From NCBI GenBank assembly GCA_048941605.1, contig JBHLNL010000006.1, positions 1-58,373 on the forward strand: a stretch of DNA of 58,373 nt. The letters are read 5' to 3'. The position numbers and the translations under genes were made by a program. The notes beneath the pieces are model-generated. The model was given only the letters and a program-made list of their open reading frames with translations, had not been told where the DNA came from and made no database searches. Below are positions 1-11,200 of the stretch, piece after piece; positions within the stretch are counted from its first letter, which is position 1, and each line of letters opens with the position of its first letter. The DNA comes from Promethearchaeota archaeon. GTDB lineage: Archaea > Asgardarchaeota > Lokiarchaeia > Sigyniarchaeales > SOKP01.

Positions 1-2084
1 AACTTATAACTTGTTTAAGATGTAGGGCTTTAAGGCAATATATATATCATCCAGAACTTTTAAAATATCCTTTAAAGAGAGATGGTCCAAAAGGATCTGG
101 TAAATTCAAACGAATTTCATGGGATGATGCATTAACTGAAGTTGCTGAAAAACTTAAAGAAGTTAAAGGAAAATATGGAAATTCAAGTATCTTTTTAGTC
201 ATGGGTGGTGGTTATCAGGGTGCTTATCATGATGGGATGTTTGCGATGATGAGGCTTTTAACTCAATTTGGGGGATACTCAACTCATTATGGCAATGTTT
301 CTTCAGAAGGAGCGGTCTATGCAACCCAAACTCAATATACATCCCCTTTTGTTGGGCATAGTCGTACCGATTTATTAAATTCTAAGTTGATTATTATGTG
401 GGGGTGGGATCCTGCTAGAATGATCTCTGGTACAGATACAATATTTAATTTAATTAAAGCTAAAGAAAAAGGAATTAAAATAATTTGTATTGACCCTAGA
501 TACACTGACTCTGCTGTTGTTTTAGCTGATCAATGGATCCCTATAATACCTGGAACTGACACAGCAATGATGGTTGCTATAGCTTACGTTATGATAAAAG
601 AAAATCTTCATGATCAAAAATTTTTAGATAAATATACTGTAGGATTTGAGAAATTCAAAGAATATGTTATAGGCAAAGAAGATGGAATACCTAAAACCCC
701 CGAATGGGCAGAGAACATTACTTCTGTGCCAGCAGAAACAATTGTTAATCTTGCTCGTGAGTATGCAAAAGCAAAACCTGCTGCATTGATGGATTGTCAA
801 GGTCCTGCGCGAAGTGCCGTAGGAGAACTATATAATAGATGTGCTATGACTTTAACTGCTATGACTGGAAATGTAGGTAAACATGGTGGAAGTGCTGCTG
901 GAGGATTAATGGGAATTCCTTATGGTCATATGTTTTTTGCATCTAGGATACCTCCTCCTTACAGAAATCCAGTTGAAACAGGATTGAAGTCAGTTCGAGG
1001 TTCTTTAGATTTACAACTTAGATTTCAAGCAAGATGCCATATAAATAAAATATTTGATGCTATATTAAAAGGAAAAGAGGGAGGATATCCATTTGATGTT
1101 AAATTTGCATGGTTTGTGAACAACAACTTTTTAAACCAATTAGGAAATGCTAATAAATCTGCAGAAGCTTTGAAAAAGCTAGACTACATGGTTATAGCTG
1201 ATTTATGGCTTACACCAACAGCAAGATATGCTGATATAATTCTTCCTGTAACTACCATAGCTGAGAAAAGTGATTTAGTAAGACCTTGGCCTTCTGGACC
1301 TTACTTTTTATATGCAAACCAAGCCATTGAACCTATTGGAGAATGCAAGTCTGATTTAAGAATCGCTGAAGAATTAGCAGATAAGCTTGGATTAGAAGAA
1401 TTTGAAAAATTTCCAGATGAGGAAAAAGCATTAAAATTTTTAATAAAATTAAGAGAAGACACTAGAAAAAACATACGAGATATAAACAAATTTAGACAAG
1501 ATGGGATACATCGTCTTAAACTCGAAGGACCTTATGTAGCATTTAAAGAGCAAATTGAAAATATTGAGAATAAACCATTTGATACTCCTTCGGGTAAGAT
1601 CGAGATTTTTTCTCAAAGGATTGCCAATTTAAATGATCCCGAAAATCCTCCAATTCCCAAGTACATGGAAAGATGGGAAGGGCGATATGATCCCTTAAAT
1701 AAAAAATACCCAATACAATTGATATCACCACATCCTAAAAATAGGGTTCATTCAGAATTATATTTAGTTAAATGGCTTAAAGAGGTTGAACCTCATGTTG
1801 CATGGATTAATCCTATTGATGCTGAGGCAAGAGGAATAAAAAATGGAGATGAAATTCTAGTATTCAATGATAGAGGAAAACTCAAAATTAAAGCATGGTT
1901 AACAGAAAGAATAATTCCAGGAGTAATTAGTATTTTTGAAGGAGCTTGGTATGATCCGGATGAAAATGGAATCGATCGAGGTGGATGTGTCAATACTTTA
2001 ACAAAAGATGCATATTCTCCTGGAGGAGCATCTGCTTTAAAATCATGTCTAGTAGAATTTAAAAAATTTAAAGGAGGAACCTAA
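1..2084 (+). CDS. Molybdopterin (bis-MGD) oxidoreductase catalytic subunit, DMSO-reductase family; 5' end cut by the window edge
   Basis: The frame of ORF 201..2084 stays open back to nt 3 (..CLRCRALRQYIYHPELLKYPLKRDG..ISWDDALTEVAEKLKEVKGKYG..), so the true start lies upstream of the window. The protein is long with a MopB-like layout and a C-terminal dinucleotide-binding barrel (INPIDAEARGIKNGDEILVFNDRGKLKIKAWLTERIIPGVISI). A DmsB-type ferredoxin gene follows 1 nt later. Confidence 0.85.
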   Translation, partial: LITCLRCRALRQYIYHPELLKYPLKRDGPKGSGKFKRISWDDALTEVAEKLKEVKGKYGNSSIFLVMGGGYQGAYHDGMFAMMRLLTQFGGYSTHYGNVSSEGAVYATQTQYTSPFVGHSRTDLLNSKLIIMWGWDPARMISGTDTIFNLIKAKEKGIKIICIDPRYTDSAVVLADQWIPIIPGTDTAMMVAIAYVMIKENLHDQKFLDKYTVGFEKFKEYVIGKEDGIPKTPEWAENITSVPAETIVNLAREYAKAKPAALMDCQGPARSAVGELYNRCAMTLTAMTGNVGKHGGSAAGGLMGIPYGHMFFASRIPPPYRNPVETGLKSVRGSLDLQLRFQARCHINKIFDAILKGKEGGYPFDVKFAWFVNNNFLNQLGNANKSAEALKKLDYMVIADLWLTPTARYADIILPVTTIAEKSDLVRPWPSGPYFLYANQAIEPIGECKSDLRIAEELADKLGLEEFEKFPDEEKALKFLIKLREDTRKNIRDINKFRQDGIHRLKLEGPYVAFKEQIENIENKPFDTPSGKIEIFSQRIANLNDPENPPIPKYMERWEGRYDPLNKKYPIQLISPHPKNRVHSELYLVKWLKEVEPHVAWINPIDAEARGIKNGDEILVFNDRGKLKIKAWLTERIIPGVISIFEGAWYDPDENGIDRGGCVNTLTKDAYSPGGASALKSCLVEFKKFKGGT

Positions 2085-2085
2085 C

Positions 2086-2610
2086 ATGCAAATTGGCTTT
2101 CATTTTGATCAAACTCGATGCATTGGATGTTCTGCTTGTGTTGTAGCGTGTAAGGATTGGAATGACATTCCGGCTGGTCCAGAGAAATGGATAAGAATTA
2201 TTTATAACGAAAAAGGAAAATTTCCTAATGTATATGTAAGCTATCTTATTAATCCCTGCTTTCATTGTGAAGATCCTGTATGTATACCAGTTTGTCCTGT
2301 TAAAGCAATTACCAAAAGAAGTGAAGATGGAATTGTCATTGTTGATAGTGATAAATGCCTAGGTAATGAAGAATGTGATTCAAAATGTTTTAAAGCATGT
2401 CCTTATGATGCCCCCCAATTTGGGCCTGAAAAAGGAGCAAAAATGCGAAAATGCAATTTTTGTTTAGATAGACATTTAGAAGGTAAGTTACCCTCATGTG
2501 TTGAAACTTGTCGCACAATTTCGAAATATGGAAATATTAAAAATACTGACAACTTTACTTATTCTCAGAGAACTAAACCTGCCATTGTTTTTAAGCCAAA
2601 AAATAAATAG
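2086..2610 (+). CDS. 4Fe-4S ferredoxin-type electron-transfer subunit (DmsB-like) of the oxidoreductase
   Basis: The N-terminus MQIGFHFDQTRCIGCSACVVACKDWN plus further Cys clusters (CFHCEDPVCIPVCP, CLGNEECDSKCFKACP, CNFCLDRH..CVETC) are typical of DmsB/NrfC-type subunits. An AAGGAGGA Shine-Dalgarno lies 7 nt upstream. The gene is tightly coupled to the catalytic subunit. Confidence 0.85.
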   Translation: MQIGFHFDQTRCIGCSACVVACKDWNDIPAGPEKWIRIIYNEKGKFPNVYVSYLINPCFHCEDPVCIPVCPVKAITKRSEDGIVIVDSDKCLGNEECDSKCFKACPYDAPQFGPEKGAKMRKCNFCLDRHLEGKLPSCVETCRTISKYGNIKNTDNFTYSQRTKPAIVFKPKNK

Positions 2611-2790
2611 AAAATTTATCATTTCAAACCTTAAGCTTTTTTTATTTTAATTCAATTTTATTAAACCTATTTATTTAATTCTATTACACAATTTTAACTC
2701 ATGTTATCTTTAGATTATAAAATCAGAGATAAAAAATAAAATTTAAAAAATTTTAAAAAAGAAAATAATTAATTTTCTATTAGTATTACA

Positions 2791-4344
2791 CTATTTCTCA
2801 GAAACCATTTTATCTAAATCGTGTGAAATCAATTTAGTGGTATTTTTCTCATTGAATTTCAATCTGCTCTTATTTAACTCATCGTCGATTCCAGCTATTT
2901 TTTTAACCATTGTTTTTCGAGCTTCAATGTCATATTGTGTCGTAATAGCTATTTCTTCCATAACTGGGCTTCCTCCTCCATGGTAGCTTCCAAAAAGATG
3001 GATTCCTCCTGTTGCAGAACAAATCATATCACCAACATATCGCCAGAATTGTGCGGCATTTTCAGGTGATATCATCGGGTTTCTAGTAATATATTTATAT
3101 AGTTTATCCTTCAATTTAGGATTAACAAAATCTCGTTCATGCGGGAACGTTGCTGGAATACCACCACAAATATCCGTTATTATCTCAGCTTCACGAAAGA
3201 CATTTTCTCCAGTTAAACACCTTCCAACATTGCAGTAAATGGAGTTTGGAATATAACTTCCTGGCCCATAAGGAATAAAACCTACTCCAGGCATATATAC
3301 TTCTGATTTTCCCAAATCAGATGCAGTATATCCAGCAGCATAACCAAGTTCCGTAACTAAGATTAATTCTGCTAACTTATGTCTAACATGTGTTGCCTTA
3401 GCTATGTTGTTATATTCTGCAGCTAAGGCCGCTGTTCCCGTCATTATATCTCCAATTGCAGGTTTGCACCCCGAATAACTATGTCGGTGAAAAAGGCCAA
3501 ATAGTAAGGCAAGGGCACCCCCATGCTGATATTCACCGCATAAAAAGACTCTTTCCCAGGGAACGAATACATCATCAAAAATTATATATGAATCTGTGGC
3601 TCCTGGTTGAAAACCGCGTGGAAAATGTTCCCTTTTTCGAAGATTGTGAATGGTAACCACTTGAGTAACACCCTCATAATCTCCTGGTACCGCGAATGCA
3701 ACCGCATAATCTTTATCTTCTGGTCTTAATGCTCTTGTTGGGATAACTAGTAGTTCGTCAGACACTGAAGCTTCTGAAATGTGTAACTTACAGCCACTAA
3801 CTATAATTCCATCTTTCTTCTTTTCTACAACATGCACATACATATCAGGATCTGCTTGTTCAGCAGGTCTTTTAATTCGATCACCCTTTACATCAGTTTG
3901 AGCACCAGCTGAGACTAAATCTTCTTGTTGGAATCGTAATAACCATTTTTTAAAATTTTCGTGGTAATGAGATTCTCCATTATTTAATTTATCAGCTTCA
4001 TATGAAACATTATATATTGCATTCGCTGCATCGCAACCCATACATCGTTGAATACATCCACCAACTTTTTGACATAATTTACGCGTCATATCTTGCTTTT
4101 TATGAAGATCTTCAGTGCTATGATGAATGTGCGTAAATCGATTAATAATTTCACCAGTAAGATGAGATTTAACTTGGATTAAATCTTTGTATTCAGGATC
4201 ATCAAAAGCATCGAAGGTTGTTCCAATCGTATTTAAACAGTCCATCTGAAGGGCGTCTAATCTATCGATTTCCTTTCCATCATAGTATAGATTTGACTTC
4301 ATTCTGCCTAAATCTTTCATGTACTGTTCTTTTGTCCTAACCAT
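2791..4344 (-). CDS. abfD: 4-hydroxybutyryl-CoA dehydratase / vinylacetyl-CoA delta-isomerase (HpaB-fold family)
   Basis: 517 aa, colinear from memory with Clostridium AbfD. The Fe-S/active-site motifs are retained: CIQRCMG (AbfD CFQRCVG) and FHRHSYSGCK (AbfD YHRQSYGGCK). Confidence 0.8.
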   Translation of the reverse strand: MVRTKEQYMKDLGRMKSNLYYDGKEIDRLDALQMDCLNTIGTTFDAFDDPEYKDLIQVKSHLTGEIINRFTHIHHSTEDLHKKQDMTRKLCQKVGGCIQRCMGCDAANAIYNVSYEADKLNNGESHYHENFKKWLLRFQQEDLVSAGAQTDVKGDRIKRPAEQADPDMYVHVVEKKKDGIIVSGCKLHISEASVSDELLVIPTRALRPEDKDYAVAFAVPGDYEGVTQVVTIHNLRKREHFPRGFQPGATDSYIIFDDVFVPWERVFLCGEYQHGGALALLFGLFHRHSYSGCKPAIGDIMTGTAALAAEYNNIAKATHVRHKLAELILVTELGYAAGYTASDLGKSEVYMPGVGFIPYGPGSYIPNSIYCNVGRCLTGENVFREAEIITDICGGIPATFPHERDFVNPKLKDKLYKYITRNPMISPENAAQFWRYVGDMICSATGGIHLFGSYHGGGSPVMEEIAITTQYDIEARKTMVKKIAGIDDELNKSRLKFNEKNTTKLISHDLDKMVSEK

Positions 4345-4608
4345 TTCTTATCATCTTTTTAAATTACTTTTTTTGGTTTAATTATTTAATTGTTTTAATT
4401 TAGAATTTTTCATAATTCAATATTTGACATATTATAATAATACCTAAAACCTTATTATAATAATCCTTATAACTAATTTCTTTCATTTTTTATCTATTTT
4501 AAGAAATAATTACGAACAAATAAATGAAATATGTATATTTAATAAATAATTCTTAATTTAATAAAAATAGAATGTAAATATACAATAAAATTACTAAATA
4601 CCAAGAGA

Positions 4609-5670
4609 ATGATAAGTATGGTTTTAGAAACAAATATTACCAAAATGTTTGGAATTAAACATCCAATTGTTGCAGCTCCAATGGGTCCATTTTACACAAC
4701 AGAATTAACGATTGCAGTATCAGAAGCTGGAGGATTAGGTGTACTCAGTCATAGTGCTCTATTAAGTGATTATTTGAATGGAAGAAATCCAGTAGATATA
4801 ATGAAAGAGAATATGCTTAAAGTGATAGAGCATACTGATAAGCCTTTTGGATTTAATATAAGGACTTCCAGGAGAGAAACCTATGCACCTCAATTTGTTA
4901 AAGATATTCCTAAATTTATAATGGAAAATCAAAGATTGAAAGAACAATGTGTTTACGCGATTACAAGCGCAGGATCCTCAAAAACATTACCTCAATCAAA
5001 ATCATTCCAAAAATTAAAAGAAAATGGTTCAAATATTAAACATTTTCATGTAGCACCAGCATTATGGCTAGCTGATAAATGTGTTGCTTCAAACGTAGAT
5101 GGATTAGTAGTAACTGGAGGTGAAGGAGGAGGGCATCAATCTTATGAAAAAATTAGTACATTAGTTTTACTACAACAAGTTATGCAGAAACATCCTGATA
5201 TGCCTGTAATTGCCTGTGGTGGTTTTGCAACAGGAGAAGGCCTTGCTGCAGCATTATCAATGGGTGCAGGGGGTATTGCAATGGGTTCTAGATTCATTGC
5301 TTCAAAGGAAAGTGAATTTCATGAGACATATAAAAATATTGTCCCTCCCGCTAAAGCTCAAGATACAGTATTGGTAACTGGAGCACTAGGGCCAATCAGG
5401 CTTTGGAAGAATGAATATTCTTTGCATCATGGTCTTGTGTCAGATAAAGAATCAAAAATGGCTGAAGAAGCAGCTATGACTCAGGAAGATATAATTGCTG
5501 AAGGAAAAGCATATGAAGAGGCATACACAGGAGATATTAATTCAGGAGCTGTTTTATTGGGGCAAAGTATCGGAATAATAAATAGTATTGAAAATATAAA
5601 GAAAATTATAGAAGAAATTGTTCAAAACGCAGAAAAACACTTAAAAAGTGCGTATAGTCTAATCAAATAA
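4609..5670 (+). CDS. Nitronate monooxygenase / FabK-like FMN-dependent enoyl reductase family protein
   Basis: FGIKHPIVAAPMG at the N-terminus. TIM-barrel FMN motifs are present: GLVVTGGEGGGH and VIACGGFATGEGLAAALSMGAGGIAMGSRF. Confidence 0.75.
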   Translation: MISMVLETNITKMFGIKHPIVAAPMGPFYTTELTIAVSEAGGLGVLSHSALLSDYLNGRNPVDIMKENMLKVIEHTDKPFGFNIRTSRRETYAPQFVKDIPKFIMENQRLKEQCVYAITSAGSSKTLPQSKSFQKLKENGSNIKHFHVAPALWLADKCVASNVDGLVVTGGEGGGHQSYEKISTLVLLQQVMQKHPDMPVIACGGFATGEGLAAALSMGAGGIAMGSRFIASKESEFHETYKNIVPPAKAQDTVLVTGALGPIRLWKNEYSLHHGLVSDKESKMAEEAAMTQEDIIAEGKAYEEAYTGDINSGAVLLGQSIGIINSIENIKKIIEEIVQNAEKHLKSAYSLIK

Positions 5671-5871
5671 ATCATAATGAAGATTTATTTTTTTTACTTT
5701 TTTATTTAATTTTAAACGATTTTTAAGCAAATCTTTTTTGTAAAATATAATTTAAACTAGATTTGAGGTAGAATAAAATTCCTTGACCAATAATTTAAGA
5801 TATTTAAAAACATTATAAATAAAAACTCTATTCAGATAATTTTAAAAAAACATAAAAAACCATCAAATTTA

Positions 5872-6927
5872 GTGATTATAATTAAACCTATAAACAAATT
5901 TAAAACTTACAAATTTGATGCTGCTCCATTCTTCTTTTTTATTGATATATTCCCACCTGAGTATTTAAATCCTTCAAAACCTCATCTAGTATCTCTTATA
6001 GAATCAATCAAAACTAATCCAATTATGCCATTACCTATGAGAGTTGATCGTGTGTTTAATGGAGAAAAATCAATTTTAATTCGTCCCAGTGAACCAATAT
6101 CGTATATGATTTCAGAAGATCTTTCTGCAATCATCAACCCAACTCCATTTCTTCAAGTGGGTATGGAAAAACTTCTATATTTCACAGAAATACGAGCTCG
6201 TGAAAAACTAATTCTCCCTCTCACATCTGAACGTGTAATAAAATGGTGGAATTCAACTAAATTCTTATATGGAAACATTTCTTTTATTGAAAAAGATTTC
6301 TCTGATTTTTTAAAAGCTTATTTGTATACAATTGTAAAAAATAGGGTTGAAGAGATGGATTTGGTGAAATCCGCTATGAACTACTGCAAATATATAGCGG
6401 ATACCTGCAAAAAAAGACTTGAGCAAAATAAAATTATAGCAGAAGTAAAAGGGGAGCAAATTAATATGAATCTTTATAAAAGAAAGGATATCTCCTATTA
6501 TACTAAATTTAAGAAAAGAGAAGAAACTCAATATCGTCCTGAACTTATCGATATCGAAGTTTATGATCTTTCTGATAAAGGATTCACTGGAAATGATGAT
6601 CGGTCAAAAATTTTTAGGGAGTTAAAATCAAAAAGAATAAAGTACATACCTCTTTTAATTTATGAGGATTTACTTGAATGTATGCTGCAAAACATAAAAG
6701 ATCTTGAAAATAACACAAATAAAATTTTAGATCCTTCATTATTATTAGAAAATAAGGTAATTATTTTAGAAACGCCGAAAGAAAAGGATTCAGTAAACTT
6801 TCAGGAATACTCATGGTGGCAAAACTTTGAAAATATAAATTTCAAATCCATTTTAGAGTCTATATGGACTACATATGAAAAATTTTATGCTTCTTTTAGT
6901 AAGCAACCTATATCATCTATTCGATAA
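5872..6927 (+). CDS. Hypothetical protein (351 aa)
   Basis: Long open frame in AT-rich DNA with a GTG start in the ORF track. No family was recognised. Confidence 0.5.
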   Translation: MIIIKPINKFKTYKFDAAPFFFFIDIFPPEYLNPSKPHLVSLIESIKTNPIMPLPMRVDRVFNGEKSILIRPSEPISYMISEDLSAIINPTPFLQVGMEKLLYFTEIRAREKLILPLTSERVIKWWNSTKFLYGNISFIEKDFSDFLKAYLYTIVKNRVEEMDLVKSAMNYCKYIADTCKKRLEQNKIIAEVKGEQINMNLYKRKDISYYTKFKKREETQYRPELIDIEVYDLSDKGFTGNDDRSKIFRELKSKRIKYIPLLIYEDLLECMLQNIKDLENNTNKILDPSLLLENKVIILETPKEKDSVNFQEYSWWQNFENINFKSILESIWTTYEKFYASFSKQPISSIR

Positions 6928-7087
6928 TATAATGAAGGCTTTTATAATATTAGGAGCAATTTAACTAAATTTTCTAAAAAATTTTAAAGGTGATAGTTTA
7001 TATTCAACTCATTAATAAATAATCTTAAAATAGAGAATTAGCTATCTTTTTTTAAAAATTTAAAACAAGAACCTTAGATTAGAAGTA

Positions 7088-8224
7088 ATGCTTTACAAGG
7101 AAGAAAAACCAGCAATTTTAATGCTTCAAGACGGTCGTTATTTTCAAGGGATTGGTTTCGGAGCGACAAAAATAACTACTGGAGAATTAGTTTTTAATAC
7201 TATGACTGGCGCTGGTTATCTTGAAACTCTAACAGATCCATCGTATTGGGGTCAAATTGTAGTTATGACTCACCCATTGGTTGGAAATTATGGGGTTCCT
7301 CCATGGGAAAAGGATAACTATGGTATTACTAAGTATTTTGAATCTGAGTCTATAAAAGTAACTGGTTTTGTAGTGAATGAGTGCTGTAAAGAGCCGAGTC
7401 ATTATCAAAGCGAAAAATCTCTTGATGAATTTTTAAAAGAACAAGATATCCCAGGAATTGAATGGATTGATACACGAGCAATTACAAAAATCTTACGCGA
7501 GGAAGGGGTCCAATTAGGAGCTTTAGCCGTATATGAATCTGGTGAGAAACCTGATATTGAAAATTTAAAGCAAATTGCTGTAAATGCTCAAGATCCTAAC
7601 CTTCGACATCTATCCAGTGAAGTTTCTACTAAAAAAATAATTACTCATACTCCACTAAATCCGATTGGAAAAGTTATTCTGCTAGATATGGGTGTAAAGC
7701 TTAATATCATACGAAATCTTGTTACGCGAAGACTCGAAGTGTTAGTAGTTCCATATAATTATACTTATGAACAAATTATGTCTTTTGAACCAAATGGTGT
7801 GTTTATTTCCAATGGCCCTGGTGATCCCGCAATATATAAAGAAGCTATTGAGGTATGTAAAAATTTATTGAATAATAACGTACCAACAATGGGAATTTGT
7901 TTAGGAAATCAAATAATTGGCTTAGCAGCGGGAGGATCTTCATATAAATTAAAATATGGCCATCGAGGTGGGAATAAAACTGTTATTGATCCAGAAACAA
8001 AAAAGTGTTATATAACTTCGCAAAATCATGGTTTTTGTATAAAAGACTTTGAAAAAGGTGGATTTAAAGAAAACCTAAAAAATATTGATGATTCTTCCAA
8101 TGAAGGAATAATTCATGAAACAAAACCAATTTTCGCAGTTCAATTTCATCCTGAGGCATGTCCTGGGCCATGGGATTCATTATATTTATTTGATAAATTC
8201 CTGGATATTATGGGGGTTAAATAA
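7088..8224 (+). CDS. carA: Carbamoyl-phosphate synthase small (glutaminase) subunit
   Basis: 378 aa. The N-terminal CPSase small-chain domain reads LQDGRYFQGIGFGA..GELVFNTMTGAGYLETLTDPSYWGQI. Class-I GATase motifs are MGICLGNQ and FAVQFHPEA. Confidence 0.95.
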   Translation: MLYKEEKPAILMLQDGRYFQGIGFGATKITTGELVFNTMTGAGYLETLTDPSYWGQIVVMTHPLVGNYGVPPWEKDNYGITKYFESESIKVTGFVVNECCKEPSHYQSEKSLDEFLKEQDIPGIEWIDTRAITKILREEGVQLGALAVYESGEKPDIENLKQIAVNAQDPNLRHLSSEVSTKKIITHTPLNPIGKVILLDMGVKLNIIRNLVTRRLEVLVVPYNYTYEQIMSFEPNGVFISNGPGDPAIYKEAIEVCKNLLNNNVPTMGICLGNQIIGLAAGGSSYKLKYGHRGGNKTVIDPETKKCYITSQNHGFCIKDFEKGGFKENLKNIDDSSNEGIIHETKPIFAVQFHPEACPGPWDSLYLFDKFLDIMGVK

Positions 8225-8226
8225 AA

Positions 8227-11200
8227 ATTCCATTAGATAAAACCATCAAAAAAGCATTGATTTTAGGCTCAGGCGGTATTCGTATTGGGCAAGCGGGAGA
8301 ATTTGATTATAGTGGTTCGCAGGTTTTAAAAGCTTTAAAAGAAGAGGGTATAGTAACAATCCTAATTAATCCTAATATTGCCACAATTCAGACTGATCCC
8401 CAATTATCTGACAGACTATATTTATTACCTCTTAATGTGGATTATGTAGAACGAGTTATTAAAAAAGAGCGACCAGATGGAATTTTATTAGCATTTGGAG
8501 GTCAAACTTCTTTAAATGTTGGAGTTGAACTAAATGAGTTAGGAATTTTAGAGAAGTATAATGTTAGAGTATTGGGAACCCCAATCGAAGCCATTGAAGC
8601 TACAGAAGATCGCGATTTATTCATAAAAGCAATGGAAAAATCCACTGTTAAAGTATGTAAAAGTCAAGCAGTAAATTCATATACTGAAGCGATAAATGCT
8701 GTTAATGAGATTGGGTTTCCTTGTATGATTCGAGTAGCCTATACATTGGGAGGGCGTGGATCGGGTATTGTCAATAATATGAAGGAATTTGAACGAATGG
8801 CAAGGAAAGGATTAGCACAATCCCGAATAAATCAGATATTAATAGAGGAAAGTATATGGGGTTGGAAAGAGATTGAATATGAAGTTGTAAGAGACTCTGA
8901 AGACAACTGCTTTATTAATTGTAATATGGAAAACTTCGATCCAGTTGGTCTCCATACAGGAGAGTCAATTGTTATAAGTCCTAGTCAAACCCTCACAAAT
9001 GAGGAGTATCAGATGCTCCGCTCAGCTTCTATCAGAGTTATTAGAAACCTTGGAATTATAGGAGAATGCAATATTCAATATGGTTTAGATCCATTTTCAA
9101 AAGAATTTAGGGCTATAGAGGTAAATGCTCGACTCTCAAGATCCTCAGCACTTGCATCTAAAGCAACTGGATATCCTTTAGCATATATAGCAGCAAAATT
9201 GGCAATAGGTTATACACTACCAGAACTAATAAATAAGATTACAGGAGTAACAACAGCATGCTTCGAGCCTGCTTTAGATTATTTAGTACTTAAAATCCCC
9301 AGATGGGATTTAACAAAATTTCAAAAGGTTGATCGTAGAATAGGCTCTCAGATGAAAAGTGTTGGCGAAGTAATGGCAATTGGTCGAACATTTGAGGAAG
9401 TTCTTCAAAAAGCTATTAGGATGCTTGATATAGGAATGAAAGGACTTATAGCAAATGATTTAGAACCTATTAAAGATTTAAATGAACTGAAGTATGCCTT
9501 AAGAAATCCAACTGATTTGAGAGTATTTAGGCTTGCTGAAGCTATAAAAAAAGGTATCTCGATTGATGAAATCTATCGCTTATCACGAGTAGATAAGTGG
9601 TTTTTATATAAAATAAAAAATATTATCAGTGTCGAACAAAAACTTAAAGATCTTGATTTATTAGAAACTAGCGATCATGAAAAAAAATATTGGCTGGAAA
9701 GAGCTAAACGATTTGGTTTTTCTGATGGTCAAATTGCCAAAATAATAGGAGTCGATACAATTTTTTTAAGGCAAATGAGAAGAAGGTTGGAAATCCACCC
9801 GTTTGTCAAAAGAATCGATACTTTAGCTGCAGAATGGCCAGCAATTACTAATTATTTATATCTAACATATGGAGCTTCTGAACACGACATTGATTTTGAG
9901 CAGGAATATAAGGAAAATTTAAGAAAAGTTATTGTTTTAGGTTCAGGAACTTATCGTATAGGTGCTTCGGTCGAATTTGACTGGGGTTCAGTTAATTGTT
10001 TATGGGGTTTAAAAAATTTAGGTATAGATCAGGCTATAATGATTAATTATAATCCCGAAACTGTTTCCACTGACTATGATACTTCAGATAAGTTATATTT
10101 TGAGGAATTATCTGGCGAAAGAGTGTTAGATATTTGTGAACTCGAAAAAGCAGAAGGAGTAATTGTTTCAGTAGGAGGTCAAATAGCTCAAAATCTTGCT
10201 TCAAAATTTTCTAAATATTCTGAAATCTTCAGAAAAGCAAGTCTAAACATTCTTGGAACGCATGGAAGTCGTATAGATATGGCAGAAGATCGTTCAAAAT
10301 TTAGTAATTTATTAGATCAACTGGATATAAAGCAACCCCAATGGAGTATGTTAATAAGTAAAGAGGATGCATTAAAATTTGCTAAACATGTAGGTTATCC
10401 TGTATTAGTGAGACCTTCATATGTTCTAAGCGGTGCTGCGATGAGAGTGTCTTATGATGAAAAAACATTAACAGATACTCTTGACCTCGCTGCTGCTGTT
10501 TCTCAAGAATATCCTGTGGTAATTACCAAATTCTTCACTGGAGCAAGAGAAATTGAAGCTGATGGTGTGAGTGATGGAAAGAATGTATTTATTGGAGCTA
10601 TTGTTGAACATATTGAAAATGCTGGTGTTCATTCGGGAGATGCTACAATGTCAATACCACCTCAAACAATTTCCGAAAAAGTTATAAAAAATATAGAAAA
10701 AAATACTAAAGAAATTGCCTTAGCTTTAAAAATAAGAGGTCCTTTCAACGTTCAATACCTAGTAAAAAACGAAGAGGTATACGTTATAGAATGCAATCTT
10801 AGATCGAGTCGATCTATGCCATATGTTTCAAAAACAAGGGGGATTAACCTTATGAGACTTGCTGCTGAGGTTTTTATGGGAAAAGAGATTCCTCAACGTA
10901 TTATGGAACTTTCATATGGAAATTATGTTTCAATAAAAGCTCCAATGTTCTCGTTTATGAGATTAGATAAAGCTGACCCATTACTCTCTGTTGAAATGGC
11001 TTCTACGGGAGAAGTGGCGTGTATTGGTGATGACTTTCCTGATGCTTTAATTAAATCTCTTGAAGCGACAGAAATGAACATCCCAATTCATGGGGGAAAT
11101 GTTTTAATTTCAGTTGGTGGAGAAGAGTTGAAGAGGCGTATGATTCCCTTAGCAAAGAAATTAAAAGATCTAGGATTTACTATTTTTGCGACTGAAGATA

